From IMG/VR virus record IMGVR_UViG_3300015241_000149, positions 2,854-66,853 of that record: DNA of 64,000 nucleotides; one strand, given 5' to 3'. The notes under the pieces are model-generated. The model saw only the letters and a list, made by a program, of their open reading frames with translations, did no database searches and was not told the DNA's origin. Numbering within the stretch: position 1 is the stretch's first letter; every line of letters starts with the position of its first letter. The position numbers and the translations under genes were made by a program. Of the stretch, positions 40,118 to 49,700 are shown one piece after another. This DNA comes from a virus.

Positions 40118-41789
40118 TCAGATCCCGGCAAGTAGCGAGCCAATTGCGGGTAGTAGAGGGACACCTGGCGCTGTGTTAGACGCGCCACCCACCTGTTGGG
40201 TTGCTTGCTGCGTCGGATAAGGGTTGGGGGCCGTTACCGTTTGGGTGACCGGTGGGGGCGCTGTGACGGTGGTAGTCGCCGGTGTGGGAGCCGTGACCGT
40301 TTGGGTGAGGGTCACGGTGGGAGTGGGCCGGGCGGTTTCGGTCACCGTGAGCCGTTCGCGTTGGTACGGGCTCGGAGTGGGTGTGGGCAGGATCGAATCC
40401 GAGCGCGGGAACGGTGCCTGTGGGGTGAGGGTCGCCGGCCCTGGGGTGAGTGGGACCGGTGGTGGCGGGGTGAGGGTGACCGTGGCCGGCGCGGGTTGAC
40501 GGGCCAGCTCGTCATGAATCATCTTCTGGATGTCCTGGGCGTTGAACGCCGGCGCCGATGCGTAGTGCTGGGTTTGCACCTGGCGCGCCGCCGGGCACAA
40601 GCTCTGCCCGTCCGGAGTGTGCGCGCTGGCCAGCTCGGCGGCGATGGTGGCGCCTTTGCTGCCCGCGCACATGTCCGCGATCGGGCCGGCGATGGAGTCG
40701 GCTTCGCTGTGCGCGGCGGCCAACTGCTGTTGCGCGGTACTGGTCTGGCGTTGCGCCGGTAGCGCCACCATCAACGCGGCGCCGGAGACCAGCCCGACCA
40801 TCAGGAAGGTGGCCATCCGGTACCGCGCGGGTTCGCGCAAGGCGTGCCGGCCAGGGCTGGCCATCAGTTGCCTGGTGTCGGCGATGGCGGCGCAGAGGGT
40901 GGCGCGGCGTGCGGGATGGCCGGGGGGACGATCGGGGTGGTGCACGCCAGGATCCGGTAACCCTCCCGGATGATCACGTAGTCGTCTTCGTAGGTCTGGC
41001 GGGGCTGCCCAGCGGGGCGCGTGTCCGGGTTGTAGGCCCCCAGGAAGATCGAGTACAGCGGGCACAGCACCTTGGACTGGGTGGCATCGAGCTGGCGGTT
41101 GGTCTGGAACTCCCGCCAGTACAGCAGGGTGACGAACAGTGTCATGGCGATGTCGAACACCAACAGCGCGCGCAGGAAGTTGGCCTTGGACTCGTTGCGC
41201 TTGACCCGCCGATTGGTGCCGCCCTGGTCCTCTTCGACCTCGGTCAGACGTTCCTTGAGCGTCCCCACGACCGCCAGGAGCTCGGTGACCTGCCCGGTGA
41301 GCTTGGCGGCAGCCACCGCGAGGGAGTCAGCGCGTTGCTCCGGCACCTGGCTCCCCCTCTTCCTGTTCGTCCAACTCGTTGTTGAGCGTTTCCACGAACG
41401 AGTTGAGTTCGGCGATGAACGCCAGCAGCTCGACCCTGGTCTTCTCGGCCCGGTCGATGATCTTCGCTGTTTCCGGGGCATCTCGCCGCAGTGAGGTCAT
41501 CTCATCCGTCATCCCGACGTGCGATCAGCTTGAGCGCCCGCTCGACGGTCTGTTGAGAGCGCTCCAGGGCAGGGACGAACCTGTCTTGGATGGTGGCGTT
41601 GAGCTTACGGAGCTCCTCCTGGAGCCGGTCCGCGCGCTCGCGTTCCAGATCCAGCGATTTGGCTTCCCGGCTGAACAGCACCCGCACCGCCGCCAACGCG
41701 ACCACGGACAGGAACACCAGGCCGCCGTACTGGTAAAGCAACCCGATGTCACCCGCGCTGGCCACGCCGCCTTGCGCTAAGAACAGCAC
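40118..41789 (-). CDS. lysis-region membrane genes (40118-40864 TM + Pro/Thr-rich, 40864-41346 coiled coil + TM, 41327-41512, 41502-41789 holin-like TM + coiled coil)
   Basis: Hydrophobic segments and position after the tail genes. Confidence 0.65.
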
Positions 41790-41810
41790 CGACCCCCCTT
41801 AGCCGAGCTG

Positions 41811-42149
41811 TTACGGGCTGATCGCCGGAGTGGCTATCCGGTGCTTGCCAACCAGCACGATGTCGTTGCCGTTGACGATGGCCCACGCGGTGTCGCCGGC
41901 GACCGGGACGGTGTAGTGCTCCATCGCCGACACCCCAGCCACCGCGTTGGAACCTAGCTGGATGTTGGCCGAGAGCCCTTGGGACGACCAGGAGTTGATG
42001 GTGACCTGGCGCAGGGTGGCGGTTGGCTGCGGGGGAACCCGGGTGACCACCTCGCGGCCCCGGGCCATCAGCGCGCGGGTCAGGCGGCCCACGGACGGGT
42101 CTTCAAAGCGGAACCCGAGCAGAAGCAACACGACAAGGCGATAGATCAC
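41811..42149 (-). CDS. minor tail protein
   Basis: YTVPVAGDTAW...LVG OB-like motif; follows the tail hub gene. Confidence 0.6.
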   Translation of the reverse strand: MIYRLVVLLLLGFRFEDPSVGRLTRALMARGREVVTRVPPQPTATLRQVTINSWSSQGLSANIQLGSNAVAGVSAMEHYTVPVAGDTAWAIVNGNDIVLVGKHRIATPAISP

Positions 42150-42158
42150 GGCGACCTC

Positions 42159-44255
42159 CTAGGCGTTGGGCGCGCCGGGGCTCTGGCGGTAGCAGACCAG
42201 GGTTTGGGCCTGACCGGGCGCGAGCGGGGTGGACATCGAGTTGACCAGGAAGGTTCCTTGAATGATCTTCTGACCGTTGAACGTGCGGTACACCGCGATC
42301 ACGTCGCCAGGTTCGATCGCGGGATTGGGCACCATGTCGATCTGTACGGTCTCCGACGCGCCTTTGACCAGGTTCAGCAGTGCGTCGGCGACCTGCTGCG
42401 CCTGGTCCACGGTGCCGATCAGAGCACTGGTGAAGATCGTGGTGACGACGCCGTACGGACCCTTGGTGTAGGTCGGGCTGGCCGGGTCCAGGTCTTCGGC
42501 GGTGGCGGTCACCGGCGCGGCATTGCCCGTCGACTCGCCCTGCACGATGACCTTGTTGTAGGTCGTCGCGTCGGTCAGGGACCGGGTGTAGGAGACCATC
42601 GTGGGGTTGGCGGTGTCTTCCACCACCCACACCGTGGGGCTCAGCGCCGGGTTCGGGATCGGGCGCAGCACCGGCACACCGTTGGGGTCGAAATACGTTT
42701 CGTATCCGATCGCGGTCGCCATGTCCTGGGCGTCCTGCCAGGCATCATTTCCCTGGGTGGTCCCAAACAGGAACAGGGACTGAGTGAGATGCTCGGTGGA
42801 AGCGAAGTTGAAGCTCAGGCCGGGGAGCCGATTGGCGATGATCTCCTCGATCGCATCGGCGTAGTTGGTGTTGCGTGGCACGTAGAAGATCTCATCCCAG
42901 GTGTTTCGGGAAACCTGGTAGCTCAGGTCGATCCCGGACAACGTCACCGACAACCCCCCGCCGGTAGACGTCCCGCCCGAACCAGTCACCCCATTACCCG
43001 AGCCGCCGCCGGACGCGCCCCCACCCGAGGTGCCCCCCGATTCGATGATGTCCACCTGAGTGATCAAAAAGGTGCCCAGAGACACCATCTCGCTGTAGGA
43101 GGAATCAACCGCCACATCGACGTCGAGCACGCTCACCGTGGGACTGGCGTCGGTGGCCAGCACCCGGGTCAGCGTCGCCCTGCTCATCACCGAGGGTGCA
43201 CTGGTATTGCCGGGCAGCAGGTTCGGTATGGCGGCGCCGTTGATGGCTACCTGCCAGGTCAGGCCCGCGTTGATGGACGTTTCGACCTTCACCGTGGAGC
43301 CCGGCGCGGGGGTGCTGGCCTGCCAGGAGATGCGGCTCGAGACGACAGGGCCGCCACTGATCGGTTTGGGGTCTGACACCCGGGTACCGGTCAGCGGGGT
43401 GAACAGCTCGGCGGCGGCGTCAGTTTCGGTGGCGGTGCCAATGGTGAAGTGCGTCTGCGTGTTCGGGATGGTCGGGGTCAGGACGGCGGCGGCGTCCGGG
43501 GTTTCCGACGCGGTACCGATCGTCGCCGTGACGTCTGGATTTTGCGAAAGAACTATCGAAATGGCGGAGTACGTGACAGTCTGGTTGTTAGGCGCCCCGA
43601 AGTAACTGATTGTAAAGGGGCTGTTTATGGTACCTGTCGTGCCAGCGGATGTATAAGTCTTAGCAGCGAACTCAATTAGTGCATCGTTAGTGCCGCTAGT
43701 AAAGCCTCCCTGGGCACACAGTGGAGTGTAACCAGTGGGCGACGTAAGCGTCTTGACAAAGAACTGGTTAGTCGCGGAGACCGCCCAGTCACAGACCAGG
43801 TGAACGCTGCCAGCCGCCACCGACACCGACAAGTTGGGGAGGCTCTGGGTGTTAGCTGTAAACGTACCATTGGCGTAAGTGAAAGAAGCGGAAGACCAAA
43901 CCTGCGCGGGATTCCAGTTGCGCATTGTGAAATTGAACTGCATGTAGCTGGCCGTGCCTGCGCCGTTCGTGGCCACGAAAATACCGTCAGTAGATGAACT
44001 ACTGATGACCTGTGTTATAACGCAGGCGTTACCGGCGAGGTTGGCCATGGCAAACACGCCGGACGATGTCCACCCGGCGGGAATGCTGCTAAATGCCCAG
44101 CTCCCTCCGAGGAGGAGAAGGACGCAGACCCGCTTGTCACCTATCTGCCCACTGCCACCGATCGGCAAATTTCCCGCAATAGCAGCACCGGCGGCGGAGA
44201 TCGTATAGTTAGAGTCATCAATCGAACAGTCGAGAAACTCTACGGGGTAGGGCAT
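42159..44255 (-). CDS. minor tail protein: accessory N-terminal domains fused to C-terminal part of a DUF5047-like tail hub
   Basis: EMVSLGTFLI, D.SYQVSR, YFDPNG, YNKVIVQGE, GPYGVV, VPNPAIEPGD. Confidence 0.75.
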   Translation of the reverse strand: MPYPVEFLDCSIDDSNYTISAAGAAIAGNLPIGGSGQIGDKRVCVLLLLGGSWAFSSIPAGWTSSGVFAMANLAGNACVITQVISSSSTDGIFVATNGAGTASYMQFNFTMRNWNPAQVWSSASFTYANGTFTANTQSLPNLSVSVAAGSVHLVCDWAVSATNQFFVKTLTSPTGYTPLCAQGGFTSGTNDALIEFAAKTYTSAGTTGTINSPFTISYFGAPNNQTVTYSAISIVLSQNPDVTATIGTASETPDAAAVLTPTIPNTQTHFTIGTATETDAAAELFTPLTGTRVSDPKPISGGPVVSSRISWQASTPAPGSTVKVETSINAGLTWQVAINGAAIPNLLPGNTSAPSVMSRATLTRVLATDASPTVSVLDVDVAVDSSYSEMVSLGTFLITQVDIIESGGTSGGGASGGGSGNGVTGSGGTSTGGGLSVTLSGIDLSYQVSRNTWDEIFYVPRNTNYADAIEEIIANRLPGLSFNFASTEHLTQSLFLFGTTQGNDAWQDAQDMATAIGYETYFDPNGVPVLRPIPNPALSPTVWVVEDTANPTMVSYTRSLTDATTYNKVIVQGESTGNAAPVTATAEDLDPASPTYTKGPYGVVTTIFTSALIGTVDQAQQVADALLNLVKGASETVQIDMVPNPAIEPGDVIAVYRTFNGQKIIQGTFLVNSMSTPLAPGQAQTLVCYRQSPGAPNA

Positions 44256-44721
44256 TTACGCGGCGGTTGCGGTGGCGATGTTGTTGGGGCCGGCGATGGA
44301 CACGATCAGGTCAGACCCGGTGGTGGTCACCGTCAGGTCGTGCGCGAACAGCGGGATGCAGCCGGAGTCCGCCGTGCCGGAGGTGGGCCGCCAGCAAACC
44401 AGCAGCTTGCCCAGAGCATCGTTGGACGCACCGCCCGCCGCCGTCCAGGTCCAACCAGCCAAGGCCACCGTATTCTTGTGGTTGGTCGTGTCCGTCGTGA
44501 CGGTGATACCGCTGGTCACCACCTTGCGCGCATAGTTCGTAAACGTCGCCTCAGTATTGGATCCGAGCAGGGTAGACAGCGCGGTGTAGTTGCGCAGGGT
44601 CGCGTCAGCCTGCAAGCCGGCAGCCTTGAGCAGCACGATGACCAGCTGGTCGGTACCCAACGCCAAGTCGCAGTAGCGGACGAACCTTCCCGTCACAGAT
44701 GAGAAAACAGGATTTGCCATC
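44256..44721 (-). CDS. putative fibre-associated virion protein
   Basis: EATFTNYARK, WTAAGG, TTTGSDLIV. Confidence 0.65.
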
Positions 44722-45097
44722 AGGGACCAATCCTCAGAACGCCGGTCGAGACGTCGGCTACCGTGCCCATGTGCGTACCGCCGCTCCACGTCGTGAAATT
44801 GTTGTCCAAGTCCTGGATGATCGTGGTGCTCAGAATCCGCACACCCCGCTTCAGCCTGAATCGCGTACCGAACGGGGCCAGCATCGACGACATGTCGACG
44901 GGGGTCAGCGTGCCGGTGGGATCCCCGAAAGACACCGTCGCCGAACGCATCTGCGCGGCCGTCCGATCGGCGGTGGCGGCCCCGTCATACGGTTGCAGCT
45001 GCGCGACAACCTTGCCGTTCTGGATGATGTCAACCTCGCACACCGCCGTGTGGTCCGTCTTGACGGCGGCCTGGAATGCGTCCGATACGCCTTGCAT
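44720..45097 (-). CDS. N-terminal part of DUF5047-like tail hub protein
   Basis: MQGVSDAF..AV..DH, DRTA..R, LAPFG..L.RGV. Confidence 0.7.
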   Translation of the reverse strand: MQGVSDAFQAAVKTDHTAVCEVDIIQNGKVVAQLQPYDGAATADRTAAQMRSATVSFGDPTGTLTPVDMSSMLAPFGTRFRLKRGVRILSTTIIQDLDNNFTTWSGGTHMGTVADVSTGVLRIGP

Positions 45098-46737
45098 TAG
45101 CTCGTCACCGCCGGCATGTCTACCTTAACGTAACTTACCTGTAGTTTACGATACTTGACACCGTTGAGCGCCGGATTCAGATCCCAGGTGTAACTAGTGT
45201 CCGAACCAACCGAACCAGGGCCAAACACCATGTAGTGCTGTTCCCCGGTGGGATATTGCAGCAACAACACATGCGTTGATTCGTCCGCTTGCCGGAATGC
45301 CGTGTAGATGGCGGCACCATCCTGAGCTTTGTAAATCAGCTGGAAGGTGCCTTGACGCCCGTAGGTGACGCCCTGCACGACGATGGCGTTCACCTTGGTT
45401 GTACCGGCCAGTGGCAGGAACGTGCCTTGCGATTTCTGAATGGTGACCTGATCGCCCAGGTAGGCCACCGGCAGCATGGTGTTGTTCAGCGGGTTCAGCG
45501 GGTCGATCAGCCAGAACCCGATGCGGGTGGGGGTCGCGGACAAGGTGGCGGAGAACGACGTCGCGGGCACCGCCGGAGCGGAACTGGCGTAGGACAGCAC
45601 CTTGTACTGCGAAGCCACGTTCGGAGGAGCCTCATAGTCATACGCGGTAATCGTCGACATGCCGCTGGCCGCCACGGACATGTAGTTGCGGACGAACCCC
45701 CACGTCGCGCCCAGGTCCCGGGAGACGTAGAAGGCGAACAGGGTGGTCACCGGCGAGCTCGAAGACGGTAGGCAGTCCAGCTGCACCCGGTTGTTGGTGA
45801 CGTCCCAGAACGCATCTGTCAGGGTCGCGGCTGGCGGCGGCGCGGCTACCGCTTGGGTCCAGCTGGTCGACGCCGGTGCCGAGGTGAACGTGCCCAACCC
45901 GGCCCACGCCTGCTGCACCTGCACATAGCCGACATAGCCGCCGTTGATCAGGTCGACGTTGGTGGTGGCCTGGAGGATCTCGGAGAAGACGTAGCCGCCG
46001 CTGGAGTCAGACGACGGGCTCACGAACGGGGTGAACCCACCGATGCCGGCCTGCGCGGTGGTATAGACGGCCCACTGGTACGCCTGCTGGGCGTCGTTCT
46101 GGGAGTTGGCGTAGGTCCAGGTCAGCGTGGGGCGCGCGGTGGTGGTGATCGAACCGGTGGGCGCGGTGACCGTGATGGAGCTCTGCACGCTGTAGGTGAT
46201 GTTGACGTAGAGCTCGGAAATCCGCGACGCGTTGCCGTTGAGGTCGTCGCGGCCGATCTGCTGTTGGTAGTTGTTGAAGCTCCCCACCGTCCACGGGTTG
46301 CCCTGCGGGTCCGTGGTTTCGGTCGGCAGGTCTTGCAGCACCCACGTCGCGGTGGTCGGGTTGCTCGGGGCCGTCCAGCCGAACAGCAGTTCGAAGATTC
46401 CTTGCAGGATCGTGGAGATGATGTTCTGGGACTGGGTGCAGTGGTGCCACCCGACGTGCACCGGTTGGGGCGCCGGCGCGATCACCGACTGAATCCGGAC
46501 CTGCACCCCGACGGAGAAGATCTGCGCACCGGCCGGGATGCTCGGGGCCGGGAACGACACTTTGACCTTTTGGCTGTCGATCCGGCACCTGGTGGTGAAC
46601 TGCACGTAGCTGGCATCGGTGTTGTCCGACCAGGCAGTGTGCGCGTTCGCCGCGCCGACCACCGTTGCCCCACCGAGCGACACCGTGGCGTTCGGGCGGA
46701 TCGTCGTCGTCTGATAACTGGGTGGGGGACTGGTCAC
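45097..46737 (-). CDS. minor tail (distal tail-like) protein
   Basis: Follows tape measure; YDYEAP and WLIDP..P motifs. Confidence 0.75.
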   Translation of the reverse strand: MTSPPPSYQTTTIRPNATVSLGGATVVGAANAHTAWSDNTDASYVQFTTRCRIDSQKVKVSFPAPSIPAGAQIFSVGVQVRIQSVIAPAPQPVHVGWHHCTQSQNIISTILQGIFELLFGWTAPSNPTTATWVLQDLPTETTDPQGNPWTVGSFNNYQQQIGRDDLNGNASRISELYVNITYSVQSSITVTAPTGSITTTARPTLTWTYANSQNDAQQAYQWAVYTTAQAGIGGFTPFVSPSSDSSGGYVFSEILQATTNVDLINGGYVGYVQVQQAWAGLGTFTSAPASTSWTQAVAAPPPAATLTDAFWDVTNNRVQLDCLPSSSSPVTTLFAFYVSRDLGATWGFVRNYMSVAASGMSTITAYDYEAPPNVASQYKVLSYASSAPAVPATSFSATLSATPTRIGFWLIDPLNPLNNTMLPVAYLGDQVTIQKSQGTFLPLAGTTKVNAIVVQGVTYGRQGTFQLIYKAQDGAAIYTAFRQADESTHVLLLQYPTGEQHYMVFGPGSVGSDTSYTWDLNPALNGVKYRKLQVSYVKVDMPAVTS

Positions 46738-49700
46738 CGCTTCTGCCGCCCGACAGAGTTAGCCAGCTTGTCGTTGTTCCGCTTGATCTCCACGCGCATG
46801 GTGTGGGTGATGTCGCGGCCGTCGATGTAGCAATGCACGTGCGTTTCTCCGCCTCCCTGACCGCCTTGGTTCGCCGGCCCGGACGCCGGGGTGATCGGGG
46901 GTGTGCCGGCGATGATCGAGGTGCCACCACCGGCCTGGCCGAGCACCCCCATCTTGGCGAGCATGGCGTCCGCTTCCTTGGTCGCCGCGCTGGCCAGCGA
47001 CAGAGCCGACGTGGTGATGAACCCCAGGGATGAGGTGATGCCGGTGGCCAGGCTCTTACCGAACACCTCCCCGGCACTGGTCGCGGACCCAGCCGCCGCC
47101 GTAGCGCCCTGCGCGGCCGCCTCAACAGTGGATTTGCCCAGGTCAGATGCGGCTTTCTGAGCGCCCTTCGAGCCGTCCTTGATGCCGTTGGCCAGGCCCT
47201 GATCGAAGTCCATACCGGCCTGATGCATGATCACCGATGGGGATTGGCAGCCGAGGGCGCTCTGCGCGGCCTGCGACACCTGATCGCCCATGGACTGCGC
47301 GGCGCTCACCGGCGCCGGGGTGTTCTGCTGGATGCCGTCGGCGCAGCCCTGCGCCATGTCCGAGCCGGCTTGGGTCAACGGCGCCTTGGCGCTCTCCGCC
47401 GCTGACACCGCACCCTGACAACCCGACTCGATCCCGCTCTTGATCTTTTGCCCGCCGGACTGCGCGGCGTCGCCGGCCTGCTTACAGCCGTCCCCGATGC
47501 CTGAGGCAATCTGCTGTCCGCTGGACTCGGCGGCCTGGCCGGCCTCCCGCATGCCCCCTTCGGCCTGTTTCATGATGTCCTTGAGCTGGTTGGTGTCCAG
47601 TCCGGCCTTCTTCGCTTGCCGGCCGAGGCTCTCGAAGTGGTTGCCCGCGTTGCTGGCGGCGTCGCCCGCGCCCTGGAAGCCGCTCTTGGCCGACTGCGCC
47701 GCCTGAGCCGCCTGACCCAGGCCCTGCGCGGCGGATTGCCCGGCCTTATCGGCGCCTTGCTTGACCTTGTTGCCCATCGACGTGCCCGCGTTACCCAGGT
47801 CGTTGAGCGACCCGATCCCCACCCGAGCGCTGCTGGAGATCTTGTTCATGCCCGACTGAACGGAGTTGCCGGCCTTGTCCATGCCCTGCTTAACGCCATT
47901 TGCGGCCTTATCCGCGCCCGCGCTGGCAAGACCGCTGAACTTGTTCATGCCCGACTGCATAGAGCCGTTCATCTTGTTCAGGCCCTGCTTGGTGCCCGAA
48001 TCCATCTTGGCCCAAGCATCGGTTTCGTGGTGCCACATCTTGTCCATGGCCGCGCCGAAGTTACTAACCGCCTTGCCCATCCCCGAGGCAATTTCGGACG
48101 CTATCTTGCCTACCCCACCATGGGCGGCCGCTCCCATTTTTTGGAATCCACGTTCCACGTTGGTCGCCATGCCGTCCATGGTGTCCCTGGCAATGTCGCC
48201 AATCCCGGAAAACCCAGTCTTGGCCCACGCCGACATCGCGTCCATATTGGTTTTCGCATCGGCGGCCATGCCACGGAACACCTTGCCGACAGCGGCCCCC
48301 ATCTTGCCGACCTCGCCGACGACATCGGACGCGGCCTTACCGACTGACTTAGCCGCGTTGGCGACCGACTGGCCGAACTGGTCCGCCGCCTGTTTACCTA
48401 CCCCGAAGCTCTGGGCGGCCTTCGAGACGGCCTGGGCCATCGCGTCGTACGCGGTACTGGCCTGCTTGCTAGCGTCGGCGCCCTTCTTCATGTCGGCGTT
48501 GAAGTTGTTCTGCTCGCGGTCGGCCTCCAGGATGCTGCGCGCGTCCTTGGCTACGGCGGCGGCATGGTCGCGGGCGGCGGCGGCGGCCTTCTGCTGCTCG
48601 GCGGTACCGCTCTCCATCGCCTTGTTGAGCTCATGCTGGGCGTCGTTGAGCTCGGTTTCGCGTTGGTGCAACTGCTTCAGATCCTCGTTGAAGCCCTTCA
48701 CGGAGTTGCCGAGACTGTCGACGGCGCCCTGACCCTGCTTAGCGCCGCCGCCCAGGCCGCCCGGCCCGTTGCCGAGCCCCTTGCCGGCGTCCCCACCCGC
48801 TTTGCCGGTGTCGTTGAGGTCCTTCTGCTTCTGCTTGAGCTCCTTGTCCAGGGCTTGCAGGTTGCCGTCTAGGCCCTGCACCGATTTGCTCAGGTTGTCG
48901 GTCTGGCTGGCCGTCGCCGACATGTCGGAGCCCATCTTGGAGATGGCTTGCCCGGTCGAGCCGGCGGCCTGCCCCAGCTTGGAGATGTCGCCGGTGGCCT
49001 TGGCGACCGCCTTGTCCAGGGCTTCAATGCCGGCGATGGCGGGCTGCATGTCGGCGGCCATGGTCTTGACGCCGCTGTCCAGCGCGGTCAGGTCGCCGGT
49101 GAGGGTCTTAACGTCCTTGTCGAGCTGAACGACGTCCTTGTCGAGCTGGACGACCAGCTTGTCCAGCGCGTCAGTGTCGGTGGCGAGCGCCTTCTCCTCG
49201 GCGTCGAAGTCCTTCAGCGAGGTCACGATCGTCTTGAGCGACGCCACCAACTTCGTGCCCAGCGCGGTGGCCAGGTCGTTCACGGCCTTGACGAGCACGT
49301 TCGTGATGTCGCCAGCCAGCGTCTTCACCATGTCGTCGAGCGACTTGAGCTCGGTCTTGAGCGTGGTGATGGACTGGACCAGCTTGTTCCGTATATCCCC
49401 GTCGACCATCGTCAGAGCACCGTCGAGCTTGGTCTTCAGATCGTCGCCCAAGGTGGTGATCTCGGTGCCCAAGCTCTGCGAGGCGGTGCCCAGGGCATCC
49501 ATCTGGCCAGCGGTGTCCTGCGCGGCACCGCCAGCACTTGCGATCGAGCCTGCCGCCGCCTGGTGCTGAGTACCTGAGGTGGCGGCGGCCGATCCCGCGC
49601 CCTTGTGTGCCTGGGCGGCTTGCTGGTTAGCGGCCGTGTTCTGCTGGAGTGCTTGGGTGTGTTGTTTGGTCGGAGGGACCGCGCCGAGGAAGTCTGAACC

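Noticed and set aside
49100-49170. 21-bp tandem repeat LDKLVVQ/LDKDVVQ/LDKDVKT
   Set aside because: Ordinary heptad repeat within the tape measure protein.
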